From assembly GCA_963783375.1 (NCBI GenBank), contig CAWANH010000003.1, positions 1 through 64,000 of the forward strand: a stretch of 64,000 nucleotides of DNA, in the 5' to 3' direction. Origin of the DNA: Candidatus Eiseniibacteriota bacterium (GTDB taxonomy: Bacteria; Eisenbacteria; RBG-16-71-46; JABDJR01). The position numbers were made by a program, and so were the translations under genes. The notes beneath the pieces were generated by a model. That model was not told where the DNA came from. It saw nothing but the letters and a program-made list of their open reading frames with translations, and ran no database searches. Shown here piece after piece: positions 28,665 to 37,676 of this stretch; position 1 is the stretch's first letter; each line of letters starts with the position of its first letter.

Positions 28665-31600
28665 CGGGGCGGTTCCGCTTTCCACGCCCCGGATCCGCTG
28701 GCCCCGGAGATCTCGGGGGTGTACATGGCCTCGACCTCCGCCGGGGGCTGGCCGAACTCGCCGGCCGCGCGTACCCGGGCCAGGTAGCGGACCTGGTAGA
28801 TTCCCGGTCCGACCCGATCGCAGAAGAAACGCACCTCGCGGTCGCCGCGCTCGACATGGGTCGTGGGGAGGCGTTCGTAGCGCCCGACACGCTTCGCCAG
28901 GCGCGAGGCGGCCTCGGCGGAGTTCACCACGAAACCGGTCTCCACCGGCTCCAGGCCGGCGGGGAGCGGATCGCGCACCGCCAGATAGTAGGACTCCCGC
29001 GGGAGCACCAGGGTCAGGGTCACCACCATGAGGTCGCCGACCCGAACCGTTCCCTTCCCCTCCAGCCGGTCCACGCTCCGGAGCAGGGTGTAGCCGCCGT
29101 CCCGCGGGGCGCGGCCCAGGGCATCCTCCCGCCAGCGAAGCAACGCCTGGTAGTAGAGATCCCCCCGGCCCATCCGCTCGAAGCGGAGCTCTTCCGGCGC
29201 CCCGCGCTTCTTCGCCACCGGAAGCGCGACCGTGGCCTCGGCTTCGGCCAGGGAGCCGGCGGCGAAGGCGTGCCGGAGGAGCGGCTCCTTCCGGTCGCGG
29301 AGCGTCACCTCCGCGGTAAAGGCGTCGCTCCCCGTCTCCACCCGCTCGCGGTACTCGGTCAGGGCGATGAGCGCGAGGGCGTCGTCGTGGGTGCTCCCCC
29401 AGTGCCCATGCGCGCGAAGGCTCAGGAGGCCGTGGGCGAGCTGGGGGATCATGGGGCCCTCGGGGCGCATGCGCTCGGCCAGGAGCAGGATCAGGGCGGT
29501 GGCCCGGGTCGGGGTGCGGAAGGGCTCGGGGAGGAGCGACGACGACGCGGCCGGGACCGTCGCCCCCGCCGCGGTCACGTTGACGCGGTTCAGCGCGTCG
29601 CCGAGCACCTTGGCCGCCACGTCCTCTCGCTCTCCCAGGCGAAGCAGCGCCAGGGCCAGGAAGAGCCGGTCGTCGGGGGCCAGGGAGTCGAGGCTCCGCA
29701 CCACCACGTCCAGGTCGCCGGCCCCCACCAGGTCCGCCCGATCCGAGGCGGTGAGCTCGCTGGCCGCGAAGAGGAAGATGCCCAGCGGAAGGTTTTGCTT
29801 TTCTGCCCCGGCCCACAGGTCGTCGCTCCGCCCGATCCGGTGGACGTAGCTTCGCCAGGTCTGCTGGAGGTAGGCCGCGGCCCCGTCCGCGAGCCCCTCG
29901 GGGACCGCCACCCCGGCCCGTTCGGCGCGAAGGAGCGCGTAAGCGGCATAGGCGGCGATGGGAGCGGGGGCGGGCGCGCCCCCCGGCCAGAAGGAGAGCC
30001 CACCCCAGGGCGTCACCAGGGACTCCATCTGCCTCACCGTCTCCGCCAGCTTGGCGTCGAGGTCGAGGGAGTCGATCCACGCCTCGGAAGACGCAGCGGT
30101 AAGCTCTTTGTACATAGATAGAAGCAGCAGTCGGCTCGAGGTTTGCTCGAGGCATCCGTACCGGTAGTCGACCACGTGCCGGAAGGCCCCCTCCGCTCCC
30201 GAGATCACGCTCGGGGAGAGGCTCACGTCCAGGGTGGCGGTTCCGTCCAGGGCCTCCGCCGGGAGATCGATGAGCTCCGCCCGGGAGCCGGTGGTGTGAC
30301 CCGCGGCGGCGGCGGCGCGCTCCAGCACCGCTCGCTCCACCGGTAGGGTGACCCGCGCCGCGTCGGACGCCCCCCCGAACTCGGCCCGGAAACCGACCGC
30401 GGCGTTCCGCTCCCGATCCGCCCGCACCGGAAAGGCCACCCGCGCCGAGCGCCCGGCGTCGAGGCTCAGCTTCGATGCCGTCCTCCCTTCGGGGACGAGA
30501 TCGGTCACCAGGGTCACCGTCCCCTCGATCCGGTGATCGGTGCGGTTGGTGATCAGCGCGGCGGCCTCGAACCGGTCCCCCGCGCGCGCGAAGCGGGGCA
30601 GGGCGGGTTCGACGGTGAGCGGCTTGGTCACCCGGAATCCCGCTTCTCCCCCGCCGAAGAGATCACCCCCCGAGGCCGCGGTGGCCACCACCCGGAAGCG
30701 GGTGAGATTCTCGGGAAGCGGCACCCGGACCGTGGCCCGCCCGGCGGCGTCGGTCATCACCCCCGCGTTCCAGTAGGCGGTGGTGGCGAAGACCGAGCGG
30801 AAGGCCGGGCCCTCGGCGCCCCCGCCTCCCGGCGCTCCCTTCAGGGCCCCCGCCTCGTGCTCCGCTCCCAGCCCCAGGCGGAGCCGGGTGTCGTCGTTCA
30901 TCACCCCGAGGCCCCGGGTGGCGTAGAAGAAGCCGTGGGGATCGGGGTTGGGGCTCTGGAGGAGCGCCAGCACCGCCTCGTCCACCACCGCCACGCTCAC
31001 CCGCGCGCGGGCCCCGCCTCCCGAGGCGCCGGTCACCCGGAGGCTCACCCGGGCGGTGTCGGCGGGGGCGTAGGATGCGCGGTCGGTCTCCACCGCCACC
31101 TGCAACCGCCGGGAGGAGGTATCCAGGGCGAGCTTCACGTAGCCCGCCTTGTACTGGGGGAGACGGGCCTCAGGGGGAAGGTCCGGGGCGGCGGTCGAAT
31201 CCAGGGCCGGCTCCACCACCGAGAGACCGACGAACACATTGGGCATGTAGGAGGCCTTGATCGGCACCTCGAACACCGGGGCACCGGGATCGAGCTCCAC
31301 CACCCGCGCCTCGATCACCCCTTCCCGCTCCACGGTGAGAACGCCGCGGCGGGCCCGGGTGGGCGTGGTGAGGAGGATGCGCGCGGTCTCCCCCGGCCGG
31401 TAGACCTCGCGGTCGGCGGTGAGATCCAGGTAGGGCTCGTCCCGCCGGGGAGCGAGCGGCGACGCGCCCCATCGTCCCGAGGCGTAGACTCCGACGGCCG
31501 AGCGCGCGGTCCGCCCGCGTGAATCGGCGGCGATGACCTCGATCCGGTAAGACCCCGCCTGTGGTGGCGTCCAACTCATTGTCACCGGGGTAGTTTCGGA

Positions 31601-34231
31601 GGTCGTCTCGCGTGATTCCAGAAGGGTGTCCACCCGGGAGGTCTCGTAGCCGATCCGCCCCCCCACCAGGAGCTTTCGCACCGAGCGCCACTCCCGGTGG
31701 ATGAACCGGACGGTGAGCGGCGCCCCGGCCCGGGCCTCCGCGGTGTCCCCGGCCACCGCCACCAGGCGGAGCCGGAGGGGGCTTCCTGCGGACACGAACT
31801 CCCGATCCACCGCCACCCCGGGGACCACCCCGGCCGGGAGGTAGAGGACGCTCCCCCGCGCGGACACCACATCCCCGGTGGGGTCCTTGATGCCGGCTTC
31901 CAGGGTCAGGCCCTGGGACGAGGGAAATGGCTCGTCGGGGAGGGGCACCGCGACCTTGGCGGCGCCGTCCTTGTCCAGCTCGCCTTCACCCGAGGCCACC
32001 AGCCGGCCGGCCCCCTCCCCCGCCTCGGGATCCCCGAACCGGTACGCGTCGAACCCGGCCGGGCGGAACCGCGTCTCCTCCCGCACCAGGGTCCAGGTGA
32101 AGGCGGCCCCGGCCAGCGGGGCGCCGAAGTAGTACGAACCGGCGACCGTGGCCGACATGACGTCCCCGGGATAGACCGGACCCGGGTGCGCGCCCACCGA
32201 GGCCTTGAAGTTCGGCGCCCGGTAGGCGGCGATCCGCACGCTCTGCCGGCCGATGGCGACCGGGGTAGCGGTCCCGGTCCGGTACACCACGACGGAGACC
32301 GACCCCACCCTCACGTCGGACGCGGTGGGGACGTCGAGCGCGAACCCTCCGAGAGGGTCCAGGGCGAGAGCGCGGTCGGCGAGAGCGGAGCCTTGGGGGT
32401 CGCGCACCGCGACCCGGACGCTCTCCACCCCGGCGAGAGTGACGCCGGCGGCCCCCAGCCGCCGGACAAGCCCGCTCAGATGCACGGTCTCCCCCGGACG
32501 GTAGAGATCGCGGTCGCCGTAGACGAAGGCGGAGAGATCGCTCCCGCCCCCGGAGTCCTGGGGAAGCTTGAAGCGCCAGGCGGAGAGCCGCCAGTCGCCG
32601 TCGCCGTCGTCGAGGGCCGCCCCTCCGGGGGCTTCGGCGGTCACGGTGACCCGCCAGGGATCGGCGGCGAGGCTCCGGATCCCGGGAAGGGCGACGGTGC
32701 CGCCCGGACCCGAGCGGCCCTCCCAGAGCACGGTTCCGTTCTGGCCGCGAAAGGCCACCGAGGCTCCGGCGACCGGTTCGCCGGTGGTGAGGCGGGTCAC
32801 CCACGCCTCGCCCGCGTCGAGCGAGGTCTTGGAGGTGAGGCCGATGTCGCTCCAGCGGAGAATCGACCGGGCGGTTCCGATCGACGGGCCCCGCGGGCCG
32901 CCGGGATCGGTGGTCGAGGCCTCGACCAGGACCGCCCCCCTGCCGTCGGAGAGGAGGGCGGAGAGATCCACCACGGTGTCGGCCAGGGCGTTTCGGGGCT
33001 CCCCCCGGTAGAGCACGCGGTCGAGGGCCCAGGAGGAGGGCGCGGTCCGAAGGCCCCGGCGGGAGCGTACCTCGTCGGCCACGGTGTAGGGCAGGGCCCG
33101 GATCCGCACCTCGCGGCTCCCCCCGTAGCGGACGATGACCCGGCGTGGAACGTCCGGGGTGAGAACGGAGGTGGACGGGAAGAGCTGGACGGTGGGAGGC
33201 CGGTCCGACGTCGTGAAGCGGAAGGAAACGTCGCGAGGAAGGGGCTGGCCGAAAACGTCGGGCATCCCCGCCCGGAGCGTTCCCTCATAGTCCGCGCCGA
33301 AAGCGAGGTTTCCCACGATCAGCCGGGAGCGGTTCGACCAGACGCTCCAGCTTCCGGGGGCGGGATCCAGCCGCAGGTAGCGACGAAGGGTGTCGGGGTC
33401 CACCGGGGTCCGGAATTCCAGCGACAGGTTCTCCGCCGCCTTCGCCGAAACCAGGCCGGGCGGTCCAAAGGTGCGGAAAGGAATCTGGATTTCGGCGGCC
33501 AGGGAAAGCGGTCCGAGGCGGCCGCGCAGGGACTCCTTGATTCGAAGGGTGTAGGCGTGATCCATCTCCAGGGGCGACTTGTGACGGAGCACCACCGCGC
33601 GCCCGGGATCGACGCCCCGGAAGCTCCACCCCAGATCGGCCAGGAAGGCGCTGTCCGGGTGGGAGGCGGTGAACGGCCCCGTCCGGCCCAGTTCGGCGGC
33701 GTCGGAAACTTCCCGGGGGTCCACGGGCTGGTTGAAGACGAGGACCAGGGGGTCGTCGGGGCGGAAGAGGCTGTCCCCCTTTTCGGGGACCGACTTCACC
33801 AGCTCGGGGCGGGGGGTCTGGAATTCCCAGGTCGTCGCTTCCCCGAGTCGGGTGCCGTCCACCGCCTTCACCCCGGCGGGGACCTCGGCCTTGAACGCGG
33901 TGGCGGGAGGAAGGCCGCCGGAAACCACGTAGCTGAGCGTCCGGGTACCCACCCAGTGGTAGTACCCTTCGGGGCGGGGATCGAGACGGAGGAGCTTCTC
34001 CCCGGCCTTCGGCGAGGGATCGTCGGCCCCCAGGGGGACCACCGGCCGGTCGAAGATCACGTCCACCGAGGTGCGGACGTCGGTGGCGTCCCTGGGGAGC
34101 ACGGTGGCCACCGTGAGGGGTCCGGCCGGGACCTCGGCGGCGGGAGCATGCTTCCGGCCGCAGCCGGCCAGGACGACCAGGATTCCCAGGATGGCCAGGC
34201 GCCGGGCCGCCGGGCCGAGGCTTCGAAACAC
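28661..34231 (-). CDS. Bacterial alpha-2-macroglobulin lipoprotein (YfhM-like)
   Basis: Lipobox LAGC, DRDLYRPGETV MG2 motif, FATTAYW, LPENLTRFR, thioester motif YGCLEQ, W-x-STH, EAMYTPE; adjacent to pbpC. Confidence 0.95.
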   Translation of the reverse strand: MFRSLGPAARRLAILGILVVLAGCGRKHAPAAEVPAGPLTVATVLPRDATDVRTSVDVIFDRPVVPLGADDPSPKAGEKLLRLDPRPEGYYHWVGTRTLSYVVSGGLPPATAFKAEVPAGVKAVDGTRLGEATTWEFQTPRPELVKSVPEKGDSLFRPDDPLVLVFNQPVDPREVSDAAELGRTGPFTASHPDSAFLADLGWSFRGVDPGRAVVLRHKSPLEMDHAYTLRIKESLRGRLGPLSLAAEIQIPFRTFGPPGLVSAKAAENLSLEFRTPVDPDTLRRYLRLDPAPGSWSVWSNRSRLIVGNLAFGADYEGTLRAGMPDVFGQPLPRDVSFRFTTSDRPPTVQLFPSTSVLTPDVPRRVIVRYGGSREVRIRALPYTVADEVRSRRGLRTAPSSWALDRVLYRGEPRNALADTVVDLSALLSDGRGAVLVEASTTDPGGPRGPSIGTARSILRWSDIGLTSKTSLDAGEAWVTRLTTGEPVAGASVAFRGQNGTVLWEGRSGPGGTVALPGIRSLAADPWRVTVTAEAPGGAALDDGDGDWRLSAWRFKLPQDSGGGSDLSAFVYGDRDLYRPGETVHLSGLVRRLGAAGVTLAGVESVRVAVRDPQGSALADRALALDPLGGFALDVPTASDVRVGSVSVVVYRTGTATPVAIGRQSVRIAAYRAPNFKASVGAHPGPVYPGDVMSATVAGSYYFGAPLAGAAFTWTLVREETRFRPAGFDAYRFGDPEAGEGAGRLVASGEGELDKDGAAKVAVPLPDEPFPSSQGLTLEAGIKDPTGDVVSARGSVLYLPAGVVPGVAVDREFVSAGSPLRLRLVAVAGDTAEARAGAPLTVRFIHREWRSVRKLLVGGRIGYETSRVDTLLESRETTSETTPVTMSWTPPQAGSYRIEVIAADSRGRTARSAVGVYASGRWGASPLAPRRDEPYLDLTADREVYRPGETARILLTTPTRARRGVLTVEREGVIEARVVELDPGAPVFEVPIKASYMPNVFVGLSVVEPALDSTAAPDLPPEARLPQYKAGYVKLALDTSSRRLQVAVETDRASYAPADTARVSLRVTGASGGGARARVSVAVVDEAVLALLQSPNPDPHGFFYATRGLGVMNDDTRLRLGLGAEHEAGALKGAPGGGGAEGPAFRSVFATTAYWNAGVMTDAAGRATVRVPLPENLTRFRVVATAASGGDLFGGGEAGFRVTKPLTVEPALPRFARAGDRFEAAALITNRTDHRIEGTVTLVTDLVPEGRTASKLSLDAGRSARVAFPVRADRERNAAVGFRAEFGGASDAARVTLPVERAVLERAAAAAGHTTGSRAELIDLPAEALDGTATLDVSLSPSVISGAEGAFRHVVDYRYGCLEQTSSRLLLLSMYKELTAASSEAWIDSLDLDAKLAETVRQMESLVTPWGGLSFWPGGAPAPAPIAAYAAYALLRAERAGVAVPEGLADGAAAYLQQTWRSYVHRIGRSDDLWAGAEKQNLPLGIFLFAASELTASDRADLVGAGDLDVVVRSLDSLAPDDRLFLALALLRLGEREDVAAKVLGDALNRVNVTAAGATVPAASSSLLPEPFRTPTRATALILLLAERMRPEGPMIPQLAHGLLSLRAHGHWGSTHDDALALIALTEYRERVETGSDAFTAEVTLRDRKEPLLRHAFAAGSLAEAEATVALPVAKKRGAPEELRFERMGRGDLYYQALLRWREDALGRAPRDGGYTLLRSVDRLEGKGTVRVGDLMVVTLTLVLPRESYYLAVRDPLPAGLEPVETGFVVNSAEAASRLAKRVGRYERLPTTHVERGDREVRFFCDRVGPGIYQVRYLARVRAAGEFGQPPAEVEAMYTPEISGASGSGAWKAEPPR

Positions 34232-34506
34232 GTCTTACCCCCCGCGTCGAAGGAATGCGCTCCGAACGATCGCGCGCCGTTCCCGTTTATCCTCGGGCCA
34301 ACCGGCGGGAGACGCAAGGGGGGCCCGTCCCGAACCCGCCACCCGGAATCACCCCGCGATCGAGGAGCGGTTTCCCCCGCCGCCCGCCGCGTTCACCCGC
34401 CCCGGCCGACGGGGCCGCCCACCGGCCCGGATAGGACGACGCCCGATCCGGAGAGTCTCCGGACCGGGCGAAGCGCCTCGGATCGCGACCGGCGTCGATT
34501 CGCGGG

Positions 34507-36144
34507 CTACGACGACGAGGAGACCTTCACCCACCGGGCGTCGTTGCTCGGCTTCAGGGGGGTGTTCTCCTGCACGTACTTGGTCAGGGTCTCGAGGTCG
34601 GTGTAGCCGGTGTAGAGGATATCCTCCGGGCTCAGCTCGTCGCGGAGGCGCCACATCCCGCTGTTCCCCTGGGCCAGGTAGTCGGTGAGGGCCACCTTGT
34701 AGGTCTTGTCGGGATCCAGCGGCTGGCCGCCCACGGTGATGTCCACGATCCGGTCCCCGTCCGGGCGGGAGAGGTCGTAGCGAACCTTGCCTCCGGAGAT
34801 GAAGATGCCCCCCGCCTGTCCGGTCAGCTTGTCCTCGAGAATGGCCCGGAGGAGCGACCCCTTCATGTTCACCAGCACCATCTGGTTCCCGAAGGGAGAC
34901 ACCGTCAGGAGGTCCCTCCGGGTGATCGTCCCGGGGGAGATGTCCGCCCGAACCCCGCCGGTGTTCTGGAACGCGAAGTCGGCATTCAGGATCGTCCGGT
35001 AGGCGTCCGCCACCACGAACCCCATGAGGGCGCTGTTGGGCGACCCGCGCTGGAGGAGCACCTCGGTCCGCCCCACCGTCTCTTCCAGCCCCGCCTCCGC
35101 CTTCGAGACCTCGGCCTGGATCACCTCCTTCTGGAGCTCGTCCGGCCAGATCTCGTCCTCGAACAGGGTGACCAGCGCGCCCCGGTCGGCGTGGGTCTCG
35201 AACCCGAGGAGCGACTTGGTGACGGGGTCGATCTTCAGGGTGACGTCCCCGATGCTGGAGCCGTTGGCGTAGGGCTCGAACACCAGGGTGTGGGTCCGGG
35301 GATCCTCCCAGGGCTGGTCGTACCCCTGGTGGGTGTGGCCCCCGAAGATCGCGTCCACGCCCCAGAGCATGTGGGCGATCTCCATGGCGTTCATGCCGTA
35401 GTGGGGAAGCCCGCCGTCCTTCTCCCGCTGGATCATGCGGCGGTACTCGTTGTCCCGCTCCGGCTTGTAGGGAAGGCCGGCGTGCATGAGCACGAAGACC
35501 AGGTCCGCGCCCTCCGCCCGCACCGTTTTCACGTCTTTCTGCAGGGCCTCGAAAACCGGCTCGAACTCGATCCCCTCGATGTTCTTCCCGAAGGACATGT
35601 TGGCGGTGGTTTCGGTGCAGTAGCCGAGCACCGCGATCTTGACCCCCTTGGCGTCGAGCCACACCGGGGAGGGGTCGACCCAGTCCTCGGTCTTCTTGGT
35701 CTTCGCGTCGAGGATGTTGGTTCCCAGGATCGGGAACTTGGCCAGCTCGATCAGACGCTTGGTGTTCTCCCACCCGAGGTCGAAGTCGTGGTTCCCCAGG
35801 GCCACCGCCGTGTAGTCCATGGCGTTCATCCACTGGATGATCGCGGTGCCCTTGGTGTTGATGCCCAGGGGGGTCCCCTGGAAGAGGTCGCCGGAGTCGA
35901 AGAGGAAGACCGGCCGCCCCGCCGCCTTGGCCGCGGCACGCGCGTTCTGGATGTAGGTGGTGGCGGAGGCGCCTCCTCCCAGGGGCGGAGGAAAGTTGGG
36001 GTTCAGGAACGTGGCGTCGTCGTGGGCGATGTGTCCGTGGATATCGCTGGTGTAGAGGATCTCCAGCGAGATCGGAGGCTTCTCGGGGGCGGCCCCCCCG
36101 AGGAACAGAAGCCCGAGGACGGCCAGGATGCTGAATCGCTTCAT
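34507..36144 (-). CDS. Exported 5'-nucleotidase (UshA-like bifunctional metallophosphatase)
   Basis: Signal peptide, SDIHG, DSGDLFQG, GNHDFD, GGHTHQ, C-terminal NTGGVRA...PFGN...DYLAQG. Confidence 0.93.
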   Translation of the reverse strand: MKRFSILAVLGLLFLGGAAPEKPPISLEILYTSDIHGHIAHDDATFLNPNFPPPLGGGASATTYIQNARAAAKAAGRPVFLFDSGDLFQGTPLGINTKGTAIIQWMNAMDYTAVALGNHDFDLGWENTKRLIELAKFPILGTNILDAKTKKTEDWVDPSPVWLDAKGVKIAVLGYCTETTANMSFGKNIEGIEFEPVFEALQKDVKTVRAEGADLVFVLMHAGLPYKPERDNEYRRMIQREKDGGLPHYGMNAMEIAHMLWGVDAIFGGHTHQGYDQPWEDPRTHTLVFEPYANGSSIGDVTLKIDPVTKSLLGFETHADRGALVTLFEDEIWPDELQKEVIQAEVSKAEAGLEETVGRTEVLLQRGSPNSALMGFVVADAYRTILNADFAFQNTGGVRADISPGTITRRDLLTVSPFGNQMVLVNMKGSLLRAILEDKLTGQAGGIFISGGKVRYDLSRPDGDRIVDITVGGQPLDPDKTYKVALTDYLAQGNSGMWRLRDELSPEDILYTGYTDLETLTKYVQENTPLKPSNDARWVKVSSSS

Positions 36145-36349
36145 TGCAGTCTCTTCCTCTCCGCCGTATCCGGGCCGGGAGCGGACTCCACGAAACCGGA
36201 GTAGGGACGGCTCAGGGACGGTTCGGGGTCTTGTAGTTCCCGTCCGAAAGCTGGCTCAGGTCACCGCCGGTGCGATGGGCCACGATTGAAGTGGCAGGAT
36301 CGCCGGTCGCCCGGAGACGGATCGCCGCACCCTCTTTGATACACAAGGC

Positions 36350-37645
36350 CTAGAACGCATAATCCACGCCAAAATGGATCCGAACCAGGGTGTCTTCCAC
36401 CCGGTCCTTGCTGGCTCCCACCCCGAAGTTCTGGTTGTTCAGGTCTCCGCGTGAGCGGACCGGGTCCTGACGGCTCACCCGCTTCGACACTTCCCCGGAC
36501 ACATCGAGCTTCATCTGGTCGATCACGTACCCGAATCCGAAGGTGAAGGCCGAGGTCTGGGCTTCGGTCATCCCGTAGGAATCGCCGAAACGGAACCCGA
36601 TCCGGGCGGGGAGATTGTTGTAGAAGATGTGCTCGATCCCGAACCTCCCCTGCCAGGTGTCGTTCAGGGTGGCGGGAAGCCCGTAGTCGCTCTGAAGAAT
36701 GTCCGCCGGGAGCTTGTCCTTCAGCTCGGACCAGGGCATGTAGACCACGTCCGCGGCGAAGGTGGTCTCGAAGGTGTTCCGGGGCCGGTAGGCCAGTCCG
36801 CCCTGCACGCGGAGGGGCAGGGTCAGGTCGGCGTTGGAGTTCTCGGGGGAGACCTCCACCCCGTTGTACCAGAGGGTGTAGTCGTCGTGGAGCTTGGGGG
36901 CGGTCTCGATCGAGGCCCCCACGTCCAGGCGTTCATCCACGTGGGCCAGGGCCCCGATGGTGACCGAGAACCCGTCCAGCTTCCGCTCCAGGACGGTGTC
37001 GGTGCCGGACGAGTAGAAGGAGGTCGGGAACCGGACCAGGGCCCGGCGATCGGTGAAGGTTCCGAAGTAGTAGTTCACCGCCGCTCCCAGCGAGGATCCC
37101 TCCCCGAGGGGCAGCGCCACCCCGGCGCTGAGGCTGCGGAGCATCCCCTCGGAGGTGATGATCTTGTTGTTCAGCAGGGTGTCGCCTACGTCCTGGGACC
37201 GCAGTTCGTCCAGGTAGTCGAAGCGCGGGTCGTAGCGATTGAAGATCCCCACCGACACCAGGATGCCGCGCTTGCCCCATCGATCGAGAACGAATCCGCC
37301 CTGGACCCCGCCGTATCCGTTGTCGTTCACCGCGATGGCCGTCTCGTCCACGAAGGAGTCGAAGGTGTCGAAGAGCGGAACGAAACGGTTCTCGCTGGCC
37401 CGGGAAAGGGATCCTTCGATCTGCGCCCGGGTTCCCGGCGTGAGGACCATGGCCGCCGGGTTGTCCATCAGGCTGTAGGTGCCGTTCCCCATCGCCGCGC
37501 CGGCGCCGCCCATGGCCCGGGAGCGCGCGGAGAACCCCGCCTCCGGAGTCCCGTAGGCGCGATCGAGAAAGGAAAACGCGTGTGCCGGGCCGGCCGTCAC
37601 GACGATGGCGGCGGCAAGGACCAGCGACAGAATGACTCGCTTCAT
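36350..37645 (-). CDS. Outer-membrane beta-barrel, OmpP1/FadL/PorV-like
   Basis: Signal peptide, SARSRAMGGAG...NPAA N-terminal hatch motif, amphipathic beta-strands, C-terminal GVDYAF. Confidence 0.8.
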   Translation of the reverse strand: MKRVILSLVLAAAIVVTAGPAHAFSFLDRAYGTPEAGFSARSRAMGGAGAAMGNGTYSLMDNPAAMVLTPGTRAQIEGSLSRASENRFVPLFDTFDSFVDETAIAVNDNGYGGVQGGFVLDRWGKRGILVSVGIFNRYDPRFDYLDELRSQDVGDTLLNNKIITSEGMLRSLSAGVALPLGEGSSLGAAVNYYFGTFTDRRALVRFPTSFYSSGTDTVLERKLDGFSVTIGALAHVDERLDVGASIETAPKLHDDYTLWYNGVEVSPENSNADLTLPLRVQGGLAYRPRNTFETTFAADVVYMPWSELKDKLPADILQSDYGLPATLNDTWQGRFGIEHIFYNNLPARIGFRFGDSYGMTEAQTSAFTFGFGYVIDQMKLDVSGEVSKRVSRQDPVRSRGDLNNQNFGVGASKDRVEDTLVRIHFGVDYAF

Positions 37646-37676
37646 GCTCTTTCTCCCGCGATATCAGGCCGGTGGC

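Noticed and set aside
26394-34231. Alpha-2-macroglobulin plus pbpC as a novel system
   Set aside because: This is a well-known conserved gene pair (yfhM-pbpC type) with a canonical CLEQ thioester motif.
36212-36349. Short open frame continuing after the barrel's TAG (LCIKEGAAIRL...KTPNRP)
   Set aside because: No convincing start or RBS and weak codon bias; most likely intergenic sequence.
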